This document shows positions 18,351-28,541 of a stretch of 64,000 nucleotides of DNA, piece after piece (the stretch's first letter is position 1; every line of letters begins with the position of its first letter). Position numbers and translations under genes: made by a program. The DNA is taken from the IMG/VR virus record IMGVR_UViG_3300047393_000100. The stretch is one strand, 5' to 3'. Below the pieces are notes generated by a model, which was not told the DNA's origin, did not search any database, and saw nothing but the letters and a program-made list of their open reading frames with translations. This stretch comes from a virus (Duplodnaviria > Heunggongvirae > Uroviricota > Caudoviricetes).

Positions 18351-20144
18351 ATGGCATCAATAGACAATCATATATTAACAATAACAGAACCTACCATTAA
18401 GTTAGATAAACTTGAGTTTGCTTCCATGGGAGAAGGTGAAGGTAATGATAACGCTAATTTATCCAAGGGAATGAATTTAATAGTAATGATTAATCGATAC
18501 ATGTTTAATATGGAAAATATTAAAAGTATGTTAGTCGATTGCATGGGAACTTTACCTACAATCGATTTAGTACTTATAGATACCAATGGACAGTTTAGTG
18601 TTGATACCTTTCCAAGGGATGGCGACGTAATAAATTTAAGAATAGGTTCACTTGACAAAAAGACATATAAGGATATTAGAATGGATTTCGATATTGTAAA
18701 TGTTGAAACACCGCAACAAGGTTCAGATATGAAAGGTGGTAAATATATTTTCACAGGAAGACTTAAAGTGCCTGGATTATACTCTGAAGATTGTAAATCG
18801 TATGGAAAGGGAAAATCAATAGACCATGTTGAATCTATTGCAAATGATTTAAAATTAGGAGTTGCTACTAATATCGATTCATCTGACGATGAAATGAATT
18901 TAGTAATACCATTTAATTCAATGTACGATACATTAGAAGATCTCGTAAGACACTCTTATATAGATGAAGATAGTTTTCAAACATTTAGTATAGATCAATA
19001 TTATTATGTTAATTATGTTAATTTAAATAAATTATTTGATTCTGAAGAAACTTTAGAAGATGCAATTTTAGCATATGGTCCAGATTTTACAGATATGCCA
19101 TCCGCCAATATTAAAGATGATGCAATAAATCAGGCTAAATTACCTCTTGTTTTTTCAAATCATGTTAGAGATGAAGGTACAAATAGATTTATATCTTCAC
19201 AATCTTTAAAAAATAGAGCAGGTGCTTCTTCTAAAAAAAATGGATATAAAAGAGTTTTACAATATTATGAAAATGATTCTGAAGAAGGATTAGTTTCACA
19301 TGAAATTGAACCACTCGCAAGTAAGAACATGAAGGATATTGATGAACCTATGAGAGGTAGAAGAGATGAAGATCGATATAAAAATGAAATTAAATATAAA
19401 TATGTTGGCAGAAAGTCAGGAGATCCCGATACTGCAAATGTACATCTTAACTATGAATATGCTGCAATATCGAATGCGCAAAATATTGATGAAGTTAAAA
19501 AGATGTCGTTAGATATAGAATTACCAACGTTTAATCCAGCGATACATAAATATCACAAAATACCAGTATTTATTTATAATAATGATATTGATAGAATGCT
19601 AGCAGAAAAGCAAATAAATGATGCAAAAGATAAAGGTGGATTTGAAAGTAAAAAGATAGAAGACTCAAATTTAGGAAATCCGTCAGTATATGTTGTTGAT
19701 GAATTTTTAAGTGGATATTATATAGTTGGGGGAATTCAATATATCTATAAGTCTGGTAATGCGTCGGTTTCACAAAAGGTAAATTTACTTAGAAGAGAGT
19801 GGCCAAGTAGGGTTAATAATATTAATGAGGAAACAGTTGCCCCTACTTCTAAACCTAAAGAGACACCACCAACTCCACCTGCAGTTGAACCACCAACTCC
19901 TGAGCCACCTCCGACTCCAGTAGCAGAACCTGCTCCTACGTCAGAACCAACCCCGGAATCATCCGAATATTCATATGTATTTGTAGAGAGAGGCCCTTTA
20001 ACACGAATAAAAGTATTTAAAGCTGGGGTATTGATATTTACAGGAAATGAACTAATAGGAGTAACCGATGATGATTTAAAACGAACTGCCATTTTAGGAT
20101 TACAGGATAGTTATCCTGGCGTTGAAAAAATGCAAAAAGGTTAG
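18351..20144 (+). CDS. Baseplate hub protein (gp27-like) with Pro-rich linker and extra C-terminal domain
   Basis: Lies between gp53 and gp5; FLSGYYIVGGIQYIY...LLRREW hub-type C-terminus. Confidence 0.6.
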   Translation: MASIDNHILTITEPTIKLDKLEFASMGEGEGNDNANLSKGMNLIVMINRYMFNMENIKSMLVDCMGTLPTIDLVLIDTNGQFSVDTFPRDGDVINLRIGSLDKKTYKDIRMDFDIVNVETPQQGSDMKGGKYIFTGRLKVPGLYSEDCKSYGKGKSIDHVESIANDLKLGVATNIDSSDDEMNLVIPFNSMYDTLEDLVRHSYIDEDSFQTFSIDQYYYVNYVNLNKLFDSEETLEDAILAYGPDFTDMPSANIKDDAINQAKLPLVFSNHVRDEGTNRFISSQSLKNRAGASSKKNGYKRVLQYYENDSEEGLVSHEIEPLASKNMKDIDEPMRGRRDEDRYKNEIKYKYVGRKSGDPDTANVHLNYEYAAISNAQNIDEVKKMSLDIELPTFNPAIHKYHKIPVFIYNNDIDRMLAEKQINDAKDKGGFESKKIEDSNLGNPSVYVVDEFLSGYYIVGGIQYIYKSGNASVSQKVNLLRREWPSRVNNINEETVAPTSKPKETPPTPPAVEPPTPEPPPTPVAEPAPTSEPTPESSEYSYVFVERGPLTRIKVFKAGVLIFTGNELIGVTDDDLKRTAILGLQDSYPGVEKMQKG

Positions 20145-20183
20145 TTAATATTACATTCATAATAAATAAAAAATATATAATAC

Positions 20184-21440
20184 ATGTCAGATTTTAAAAA
20201 TGTATCGGATTTTAGAAAAGGTTCGCTTAAGAAATATCCATATCAGGATCCTACGTACCTTTCATTTGCCCTTTTATTTGACTGGTATAATCCAGAAGAA
20301 TCTCCATTGCTCGCAGGTAGTGGTGATATTACTAAACCAGATACACTGGGTCCTGCTGAATTATTCTTATACAACTTAGGACACGCTGACGCAGGTGAAA
20401 CTGACGCAGGAGTTTTACGTCAATATTATAGAGATCGTTTTGAAGATCTTATTAATTTTAAGAAAGCTCTTAAAGTAATTAATGATGAAATGCCATGGTA
20501 TTGGCAGTCCCTAAAGGGATTGGACAGAGTTAAACAACATGACCCTATGAATGCATATTTAGGAGGAGATGACGCAAAATTAGAAATAGAAACATTAGAA
20601 TCTCTTAATCTACCTATTGCAGGTTTAATGCATTTATATCGTAGCGCTATCTTTGATGAAACAAAATGGACATATATATTACCCATTAATCTTAGAAAAT
20701 TTAAAATGTATATTTATGTTACTGAGGTCAGAAGTATTCAGACGAATGTTAGTACTAAAATGAATGGAATTCCTTCTAAATTAAATAAAGATGCTGTTAG
20801 CGGGTTTCCTGGTAACTTTAAACCTACGATTGATTCACAGAATGAAAACGCTGGAATAATGGGAACAACTAGAAGACCATATTTTATGACAGGATTGGGA
20901 TATTGTGAATTCGATATGACAACCGGTACTGCTATTTTTGCAGATCTTTCGAAAAATCCAGAAATGGCAACTAACTCAATTACGTTAAAATATGAAACAT
21001 TGGAAAAGGTAGAAGCAAGGGTACTTAATGGAATTATAGAGGAATCTCCATACGCAAAAAATAATGTATCTCCATCGCCTGATTCTGAATTTTTTGAGAA
21101 TTCTAGTAAAACTCCACTTGAGTTAGCTAAAGAAAAAGCCACCGGAAGAATTGTCGATATTGCAGGTAAAGGGGTTGATGCTATAAAAAAATTAGCTGAA
21201 GATAAAAAGAGGGAGATTGTACAGGAAATTAGAACTAGAACAGTTAATAGAATTCCATCAATGGAAAATGTATTCTCTAATATAGTTAGAAAGCTAGATA
21301 ATGCAACTGATGTAACTCAACAAAAAAGAAACATTGGAAATGCAATTCAATCAAATGTTAATGGAAATGTAGTTGGAAGCACTATTAAACAAGGATTAGA
21401 TATAGCTGCTATTAAAAACCTAGGAAATGTATATAATTAA
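20184..21440 (+). CDS. Putative tail-tube-fold baseplate protein
   Basis: QDPTYLSF, PWYWQSLKGL, ETLESLNL and LP.NLRKF.M; baseplate context. Confidence 0.5.
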   Translation: MSDFKNVSDFRKGSLKKYPYQDPTYLSFALLFDWYNPEESPLLAGSGDITKPDTLGPAELFLYNLGHADAGETDAGVLRQYYRDRFEDLINFKKALKVINDEMPWYWQSLKGLDRVKQHDPMNAYLGGDDAKLEIETLESLNLPIAGLMHLYRSAIFDETKWTYILPINLRKFKMYIYVTEVRSIQTNVSTKMNGIPSKLNKDAVSGFPGNFKPTIDSQNENAGIMGTTRRPYFMTGLGYCEFDMTTGTAIFADLSKNPEMATNSITLKYETLEKVEARVLNGIIEESPYAKNNVSPSPDSEFFENSSKTPLELAKEKATGRIVDIAGKGVDAIKKLAEDKKREIVQEIRTRTVNRIPSMENVFSNIVRKLDNATDVTQQKRNIGNAIQSNVNGNVVGSTIKQGLDIAAIKNLGNVYN

Positions 21441-22159
21441 TGGCAACCGATAAAGAGTTAGATAAAGATAATATTAGAGAAACCCACTGGATTGGTGAGG
21501 TTGTAGATAATAATGACCCTAAATTTTTAGGAAGATGTAAGGTAAAGGTATTTGGAAAATTTGATAAATTACCAAATGATTCTATTCCATGGGCAACTCC
21601 AATGACTAGGGATTTTGTTGGTTCTCATCACACTCCTAATATTGGTACTATTGTTGCAGTACGATTCGATAATGGAAACATATATCATCCTGAATACTGG
21701 TTTCAAATAGATCAAAGCAAATCATTAAAGAAAGATATTTTAGATGCATCTACCGCAGCGCATGATGTTGTTTCATTAGTATATGATGAAGTAAGAAATA
21801 TTAGAATCTATCACTCACCTGAGGATGGATTGGTAATTACAAGAGGTAGTGGAGCTAAAGAAAGACCATTGATTCAAATTGATGAAAAGGGTTATATTAA
21901 AATATCAACCACCGAAAAAATATTTCTAGACTCTGGAAATATATTTTTAAGTAATACCGGCGAAGGGTCAGAAGATGAAAAAGAACCAGCGGTTCGCGGA
22001 GTTTCTTTAGAAAAATGGTTAAATAAATTGTTGGATGATTATCAAAAGCATATACATCCGACACCTACAGGTCCTTCAGGTCCACCATCTACTCCAACAC
22101 CTTTAACCATTTCAAGTTTAAAGAGTGCACATATTGATTACCAACAAAAAGGAAAATAA
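21440..22159 (+). CDS. Baseplate central spike (gp5 OB-fold / gpV-like) with HxH tip
   Basis: WIGEVVDNNDP..LGRCKVKVFG, IPWA, P.IG..V.V.F.NG...P; C-terminal HIHPTPTGPS. Confidence 0.85.
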   Translation: MATDKELDKDNIRETHWIGEVVDNNDPKFLGRCKVKVFGKFDKLPNDSIPWATPMTRDFVGSHHTPNIGTIVAVRFDNGNIYHPEYWFQIDQSKSLKKDILDASTAAHDVVSLVYDEVRNIRIYHSPEDGLVITRGSGAKERPLIQIDEKGYIKISTTEKIFLDSGNIFLSNTGEGSEDEKEPAVRGVSLEKWLNKLLDDYQKHIHPTPTGPSGPPSTPTPLTISSLKSAHIDYQQKGK

Positions 22160-22191
22160 TAAGAATATATAACTTATTAAAACAATAAAGT

Positions 22192-23826
22192 ATGCCTGCT
22201 CAGTGGCCAACATTCATATATAATCTTTCAAATAAGCTGATCAGTAGAGATTCTACTGGGCCAGATCACATTGGCATGTTCGTTGCTAATGAATATTTTA
22301 ATGCCGTTAAAACATCACAAACGTTATTCAACAATACACATAAATCTGGTCAAAAGAAGATATTAGAAGAAGGATTTAAAAAAGCCTTCAATATGTTATA
22401 TACTTCAAAAGAACCTACTTTAATTGATAAATTTGGAAATGAATTGTACGATGATATGTTCGAATCTTTTCCAGAGATAGACCCAAAAATTGATCCATTA
22501 TGTGATATGGAAAATTGGATCCTTGAAAATAAGGATACGATTGATCCTTTCCTGTTTTATCAATTTTTTCCATCAACATGCCCAATTAAATTGCCTGGAG
22601 CTCCGCCTACTGAAATTAATGTATTTGGAGAAATAGATATAACACTAGAAAATTTATCTGAAGTTATTAAAAATACACCTCGAAATGAAGTTACTATGAA
22701 GGTAACAGGGGGTGACGGTGAAGCACCTTATATAATTACATATAAACTAAATGGAGTTGTATTTAATACTACCACTGATTCACAGAGTGTCTCTAGTGTT
22801 AAAATACCAACAGAACCAGGGTTTTATGAATATGTATTTGAAAGTGCAATAGATTCTACTAAAAAAATAGAATTAAAAAACGTTAATCAAAGAGCTTCGA
22901 TCGAAATAACCCCAGATGGAATTCCACGCATTATTAGTGTTGACCAAGGTCCAGAGAGACAAATAGTAGAAGACGTTAATGTGAATTCAAGGGTAGAATA
23001 TGTTACCAATAGGATCTTAATGCAAAATGATGGAAGTGAATTCTTTAGAAGGTGGATTGAAAACATAGATATTAATAGCTCGGATCCTTTTCTTAAAATG
23101 GTAAAGGCCCGCGTATTAAATAGTATGCAGTCTGGAACATTGTTTAATCGCAATTTACATGATAGGTTTTTTCAAGAGGAATACAAATTACATGTCAAAC
23201 GTTTACCAAAATGGCTTACTGTTGAATTTATAGTACGATACGTGTATGATCCTACTAACATGTACATGGGATTATCTGATTATAAAAAATCAACTAATGA
23301 TTTCGTAGGTGCGTTTTATACTAACTATAAAAAGAAGGCGGATAAGGATGCGTTGGAGGTTAAACTAAATAAATATAAAATAGAACAGGAAAGATTTAAC
23401 GAATTAAAAAGAAGATGGATTAATGAAATTTCTGAAAAGGAAAAGGAAAATGAAGGAACTTTGGATGAAAATGATCCGTACTTTGTAATGGCAGATTGTA
23501 TTATTAAATACTGGATGTCAACTGGCCCAGCGCCATTCACAAATGCTCCTCCAATTCCTCCATGTAATGTTCCTGATCCAGGTGTTTTTTTACCAATATC
23601 ATACGGAAATACCCGTATTTTAGCGAATGACTTACGAAAGGCATGGAATTCTGGTAAAAGGTTTCAATTAGATTATTTAAATAGACCTGCTGCACGAATA
23701 GTTTCAACTGCGATTGCAGTATCATGCGCTAGACATTTACTAAAATTAAAATTTACATATATCGGTAAATTAACAATGGGAACTGTTACGGTTCCGATGG
23801 TAGGATTTAGTAAACTTGCATTCTAA
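22192..23826 (+). CDS. Putative baseplate-associated structural protein with an internal Ig-like domain
   Basis: Follows the spike gene and has a late motif upstream; VTGG.G.APY.ITY Ig-like segment. Confidence 0.5.
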   Translation: MPAQWPTFIYNLSNKLISRDSTGPDHIGMFVANEYFNAVKTSQTLFNNTHKSGQKKILEEGFKKAFNMLYTSKEPTLIDKFGNELYDDMFESFPEIDPKIDPLCDMENWILENKDTIDPFLFYQFFPSTCPIKLPGAPPTEINVFGEIDITLENLSEVIKNTPRNEVTMKVTGGDGEAPYIITYKLNGVVFNTTTDSQSVSSVKIPTEPGFYEYVFESAIDSTKKIELKNVNQRASIEITPDGIPRIISVDQGPERQIVEDVNVNSRVEYVTNRILMQNDGSEFFRRWIENIDINSSDPFLKMVKARVLNSMQSGTLFNRNLHDRFFQEEYKLHVKRLPKWLTVEFIVRYVYDPTNMYMGLSDYKKSTNDFVGAFYTNYKKKADKDALEVKLNKYKIEQERFNELKRRWINEISEKEKENEGTLDENDPYFVMADCIIKYWMSTGPAPFTNAPPIPPCNVPDPGVFLPISYGNTRILANDLRKAWNSGKRFQLDYLNRPAARIVSTAIAVSCARHLLKLKFTYIGKLTMGTVTVPMVGFSKLAF

Positions 23827-23880
23827 GAAAAACATATATATATAACATATTATAATTATTAATACTTAAAAACAAAAAAA

Positions 23881-25071
23881 ATGTCAAAAAAACAGTTAGT
23901 AACGGAAGGGATTATTGGATTTGATTGGGACGCGCATTTGGCGGATTGTCCATCATCATATAAAAGACCAAATTCACATGTAAAAACAAAGGATGGTCAC
24001 AAAGTATATTCTAGAGAACCTTATGCTCAAGAACTTTATGACTTAATGGAAAATTCATTTTCACAAACTACATTAGTATTTGCAGTAAACGTTGGAGAAA
24101 CTTATACTGGAAAAGTGTATTCAGTTGATACCGAATGGGCATCCATTGATATAGGCCATAGAGAAATGGTTTATGTAAATATGTCAAGAGAATCCGATAT
24201 TTCAAAATTAAAATTAATACCAGGAACTGAGGTATCTGTTGAAATTACAGGAGATAGAAATGTTAAAGGATTTGTTATTGGATCAGTTGAAGCTGGAATT
24301 AAAGCTGCGATTCTTAGAGAAATTTTAGCATCAATTGAAGATGGAAATACAGCTTATATTGGAACAGTAACTGGAATGATTCCAAACGGCGGTTATTTCG
24401 TAAATGTACAAGGTATCGATTGTTTTATGCCAGGTTCTCTTGCTGGAATTAATAAACTTGCAGAATTTGAGTCTATTTTAAATACACAAATGTATGTAGT
24501 TCCTATGAGTTACTCTCCAGAGAGAGGTACTGTAATTGTTTCACATAGAAAATACTTACAAGCCCTAATTCCTGGTAAAGTTGAAGAACTTAGAAACAGT
24601 ATGGGAGAAACTAAAACCGGAAATGTTACAGGTTCTGCTAAATACGGAGTATTTGTTGAATTCGATGGTTGTTTAACTGGAATGATTCATGCAAATGATT
24701 TAACTTTAGAAATGGCTAAGAAACATAAATCTAGAGAAATTCAACCAGGTGATGAAATTGAATTTAAAGTGAAAGAAATTATTAGCGATACTAAAATTAC
24801 TTTAACACAATTAGAATACGCTGAAACTGTAGATCCTTGGAAAGAAATAATTGGAAAATATAAATCGTTTCCAACAGAAGTACAAGGTTCTATTAAGTCT
24901 GTTAAAGATTATGGAGTATTCGTTGATATTGGAGATGGAATTGTAGGATTATTACATGTATCTGAATTACCTGAAGGCATGGAAGTTGAATCACTTACTA
25001 AAAATAGTCCAATCACAGTACAAGTTATACGAATCGATATTGATACGCGAAAAGTTTTCTTAAAACTGTAA
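23881..25071 (+). CDS. rpsA: Ribosomal protein bS1 homologue (four S1 domains)
   Basis: Four OB repeats (G.V...., GYFVNV..IDCFMPGS, YGVFVEFDG..GMIH, YGVFVDIG.GIVGLLHVSEL); N-terminal FDWDA as in Bacteroidota S1. Confidence 0.88.
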   Translation: MSKKQLVTEGIIGFDWDAHLADCPSSYKRPNSHVKTKDGHKVYSREPYAQELYDLMENSFSQTTLVFAVNVGETYTGKVYSVDTEWASIDIGHREMVYVNMSRESDISKLKLIPGTEVSVEITGDRNVKGFVIGSVEAGIKAAILREILASIEDGNTAYIGTVTGMIPNGGYFVNVQGIDCFMPGSLAGINKLAEFESILNTQMYVVPMSYSPERGTVIVSHRKYLQALIPGKVEELRNSMGETKTGNVTGSAKYGVFVEFDGCLTGMIHANDLTLEMAKKHKSREIQPGDEIEFKVKEIISDTKITLTQLEYAETVDPWKEIIGKYKSFPTEVQGSIKSVKDYGVFVDIGDGIVGLLHVSELPEGMEVESLTKNSPITVQVIRIDIDTRKVFLKL

Positions 25072-25072
25072 T

Positions 25073-25139
25073 TGTTAATAACTTTTATAAATTAATTTAC
25101 CCGAGATTTTTTAATCTCGGGTTTTTTGTTTATATTTAC
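25073..25139 (+). terminator. Terminator/early-promoter composite
   Basis: TGTTAATAAC at 25073, stem ACCCGAGATT/AATCTCGGGT (25099-25122) plus T-tract, TATATTTAC at 25131. Confidence 0.7.
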
Positions 25140-25166
25140 ACTATAATTAAAACAGATAAATATAGT

Positions 25167-25970
25167 ATGAGTAAACTAATGAAATACAACGAATTTATTA
25201 ATGAATCAAAACAAAATAATATTGTTAATATTATTTTAGATTCATTAGAACCGACAATTGTTGAAATGCTAGCTGCAACCGAAAAATGGTTTGTTGAAAC
25301 ATTTAAACAGGAATTTACCAAGTATGATAGAGAAAGTGCTAGGTTAAACTTAATATATGACATGGTTAAATCTATTGAGATATACACAATGCCATCAGAT
25401 TCATTAATTTCACTTAATGTTAGGAAAAGTGCCAAAGGAAATATTGAAATTTCTTCTCAAATTCAAAGAGATGGAATTACATATAATTTTAATACTGAAG
25501 CTATTTACGCAGGTGGACATAATATTCAAAGACTTCATTATCGATATATTGTTAAAACAACAATTCCTAAAACAGGGGTTAGTGAAATAACAAAAGAGTA
25601 TACTGAGAAAATTAAGAAAATGTCTAAGCTTGAAAAACTTAATAAAGAAATTAATAGCTATGAACAACGTATCAAAACTGCTGAAGAAAAGGTTGAAGTT
25701 AATTCTAAAGTAACGGATGCTGAAATATTAAAAATCTTAAAGTCTAAAGAAGATTGGCGTGAATCTCCTACATGGGAAGAAATAATAAAAAGAGATGCTG
25801 CTAAAAATTATAATAATGATGAGGCGCATTATTACAAAGAACAAGAAAGATATTTAAATTCTAGAATAGATCATTGGAAATATTTAAATGTAAATTCAAA
25901 TAAATCGTGGTTGATAGGTGCTACTAAAGAACTTAAAAAACTACAAGCAAAACGAGATTCTATGGTGTAG
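25167..25970 (+). CDS. Hypothetical protein with capsid-targeting-like N-terminus and coiled coil
   Basis: MKYNEFINES N-terminus; AGGHNIQRLHYRYIVK motif. Confidence 0.7.
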   Translation: MSKLMKYNEFINESKQNNIVNIILDSLEPTIVEMLAATEKWFVETFKQEFTKYDRESARLNLIYDMVKSIEIYTMPSDSLISLNVRKSAKGNIEISSQIQRDGITYNFNTEAIYAGGHNIQRLHYRYIVKTTIPKTGVSEITKEYTEKIKKMSKLEKLNKEINSYEQRIKTAEEKVEVNSKVTDAEILKILKSKEDWRESPTWEEIIKRDAAKNYNNDEAHYYKEQERYLNSRIDHWKYLNVNSNKSWLIGATKELKKLQAKRDSMV

Positions 25971-25974
25971 TTTT

Positions 25975-26020
25975 TTACTAAGATATATAACTTAATAAGT
26001 AATATATCTATATAGTAATG
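25975..26020 (+). promoter_or_regulatory. Late-type promoter in a hairpin that sequesters the amidoligase start codon
   Basis: GATATATAA at 25982; AGATATAT/ATATATCT and TTACTA/TAGTAA pairs, the latter including the A of ATG 26018. Confidence 0.55.
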
Positions 26021-27310
26021 AATAATCTAAATGATGCAAATATTTTACAAAATGCCTTAGTTGGTGTTGAATTTGAATTTTATTCAAATTTATCAGCAGA
26101 AGAAACTGCAGATCAGATTGCAAAAATGCTTGGCAAAAAAATACATGTTGAGAAAAAAGCACACAGCGATTTTGAAGTAACTCAAGATGAATTTAAAATA
26201 GAACCTGATATGTCAGGTGGAGCTAAGCTTTTAGAATTAGTTACAGGGGCGTTACCTTATTTCGCAGCAAGATTAATGATAATCAAAGTATGTGATTGGA
26301 TAGAAAAGAATGGATATACTAATGATCGTTCGTCAATTCACCTAAATCTTTCTTTTGATAAATCTAAAATAGAAAATAAATATAGAATCTCTAAAATGAA
26401 TACTCTTAAATTCATTTTAGATTTTAATGAAGAGCAGGTGTTTAAATTCTTTCCAAAGAGAGAAAATTCAGCGTATGCAAAATCAATTAAATTTGTTTTA
26501 CCTAAAGAAGATACCTATTTCTTTGATGGTAAATATATCAATCAACAAAACTTCATATTTCCAGATACTAAATATTATGGTATCAATTTTGAAAAGAGGC
26601 ACAAAAACTATCTTGAATTTAGATATGTTGGTGGCGCAGATTGGGAAAAGAAAACAACTACAATTCTACATCTAGTCGACAGCTTTCTATTGCAGGTATG
26701 GAAATCAACTGAAAATACTGAATTCTCAGAATTAAACGCAATTGAACTTAAAAAAATAATTTCTAAAAATCAAAGAATAATTGATGCAAGAAAGGATTGG
26801 AAAACACTACAGGACAATTGGAAAAATGTTAAATTTACAGTTGATTTAAAAGACAATCCAAAAATAGTAGATCTTTATTGGCCAAGTGTTAAAGACCGTG
26901 TTATGAAATTATTTACACATGGAACTTTAACAAAGGGGCATATTAATTACGATTCAGATAATGGTAAAATTCAAGTGGCTGATGGTAAATTAGAATATTG
27001 TGTAGATTTGCATGGATATGAATTTATCGGATGTTTCTTGAGAGGAGAATTTTCAGAATGTGATATGTATGGTTGCGATATTAGTGGATCTGATATTCAT
27101 TACTGTAATTTTTATTCAAGTACTCAAATAAATTCAAGTAAATTAGATTCATCATATGTGCATGGTTCATGTGTTACGTCAGATTGTTATATATATGGAA
27201 AAGGAATATTTAAAGGTACCATGCATGGTGGTATTTTTAGAGAAGGAAGTTATGACAAAAAACTTGCGAAATTTAATGATGTTGAAATCATTAAATATAA
27301 ATTAATATAA
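26018..27310 (+). CDS. Putative amidoligase (COOH-NH2 ligase, Amidoligase_2-like) with C-terminal beta-solenoid repeats
   Basis: GVEFEF, IEPD.S, LELVT, SSIHLNLS, KYYGINF and YLEFRY motifs. Confidence 0.75.
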   Translation: MNNLNDANILQNALVGVEFEFYSNLSAEETADQIAKMLGKKIHVEKKAHSDFEVTQDEFKIEPDMSGGAKLLELVTGALPYFAARLMIIKVCDWIEKNGYTNDRSSIHLNLSFDKSKIENKYRISKMNTLKFILDFNEEQVFKFFPKRENSAYAKSIKFVLPKEDTYFFDGKYINQQNFIFPDTKYYGINFEKRHKNYLEFRYVGGADWEKKTTTILHLVDSFLLQVWKSTENTEFSELNAIELKKIISKNQRIIDARKDWKTLQDNWKNVKFTVDLKDNPKIVDLYWPSVKDRVMKLFTHGTLTKGHINYDSDNGKIQVADGKLEYCVDLHGYEFIGCFLRGEFSECDMYGCDISGSDIHYCNFYSSTQINSSKLDSSYVHGSCVTSDCYIYGKGIFKGTMHGGIFREGSYDKKLAKFNDVEIIKYKLI

Positions 27311-27326
27311 AAATAAAAATAGTATA

Positions 27327-28157
27327 ATGAGTAATATAATTATAGGAAACGACGATTTATTAAATGATCCTACATGGGGAAGTGATTGTTTTAATAACTT
27401 TGTTAACGAATTAGCTGATGAAATTACAGGTTCTTGCATGATTCCTATGAATCTTCCAAGAAAAGAAGTGCAAAATATAGTGTTAAGGGCTAAGAAATGG
27501 TTTTATAAAAATTATGAATATTCGGTTAGAGAGAATTTTATGGTTTTACCTGTTGAATTATTCAGTTCAGACCACTTTAAAAATAAAAGAAGTTTTACAC
27601 TTCCTAAAATGGATATAGTAACTGGAGGAAATGAAGTCTATTCAGTTTATGGATTATTTGAAGTTGGTGCAAATTGGGGAGGTTCAATGGATATCAACTT
27701 TACACAAGGAGATTTTTCTATTGAAAGAATGTTAATGAGCGGAATGAGCGGAGGATCTAGAACGGCTGATGCTGCTGAAAATTTACAATACTATGTAATT
27801 AATCAAAGTTTCTTTGACCTTGCCAGACAAATTATTCAAAATCCAATAGGATATCACTATAATCAGTTAACGCATGAATTAAGATTTACAGGAGAAACTC
27901 CAAAGAAAAATGTTATTCTTAACGTTTATGAAACAATTCCAGAATGTGCACTTTTCGATGATGAAATCTTCTTTAGATATTGTGCAGCAAAAATTAAAAT
28001 TTCTTTAGGACAAAAATTATCTATATTTGGGTTTTCTCTTCCTGGAAATATTGAAGTAAATGCGGATGCGATCAAGGGTCTTGGTGAAGATGAATTAGAT
28101 AAAGTAATTGAAGAAATAAAAGGAGATGAGGGTGTAGATTGGATGATGCATTCTTAA
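27327..28157 (+). CDS. Neck protein (gp13-like)
   Basis: C-terminal FFRYCAAKIKISLGQKL..F...LPGNIEVNAD.I...G..EL..V.EE. Confidence 0.75.
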   Translation: MSNIIIGNDDLLNDPTWGSDCFNNFVNELADEITGSCMIPMNLPRKEVQNIVLRAKKWFYKNYEYSVRENFMVLPVELFSSDHFKNKRSFTLPKMDIVTGGNEVYSVYGLFEVGANWGGSMDINFTQGDFSIERMLMSGMSGGSRTADAAENLQYYVINQSFFDLARQIIQNPIGYHYNQLTHELRFTGETPKKNVILNVYETIPECALFDDEIFFRYCAAKIKISLGQKLSIFGFSLPGNIEVNADAIKGLGEDELDKVIEEIKGDEGVDWMMHS

Positions 28158-28173
28158 ACAAATATATAATACT

Positions 28174-28527
28174 ATGGAACTATACATAAAAACCCTAGGG
28201 GATCCTAATTACAGAGATGACCAAATGCAGTCGGATGAGGAAATTCAAATGATGTTAACTCAAATCGAAACATTAGTATTTACAAATAAGGGAGAGGTAA
28301 TGGGAGATCCTGAATTTGGATTAAACTTAGAAGATTATGTGTATTCATTCATGTATAATGATGACATGTTAATGGGAGTAGTAAATAATGCAATATCACG
28401 TTATATTCCACTGTCTGCAAAGTATCCGGTGAGCGTTGAAGTATCATATACCACACAGTCCGATAGGAATGCAGTTTACATCGATATTACTATTGATAAT
28501 AGATATGGATTAGGACTATACATATAA
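28174..28527 (+). CDS. Baseplate wedge subunit gp25-like
   Basis: LVFTNKGEVMGDPEFGLNL..Y.Y...I.RYIP. Confidence 0.88.
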   Translation: MELYIKTLGDPNYRDDQMQSDEEIQMMLTQIETLVFTNKGEVMGDPEFGLNLEDYVYSFMYNDDMLMGVVNNAISRYIPLSAKYPVSVEVSYTTQSDRNAVYIDITIDNRYGLGLYI

Positions 28528-28541
28528 AATATATAAAAAAA

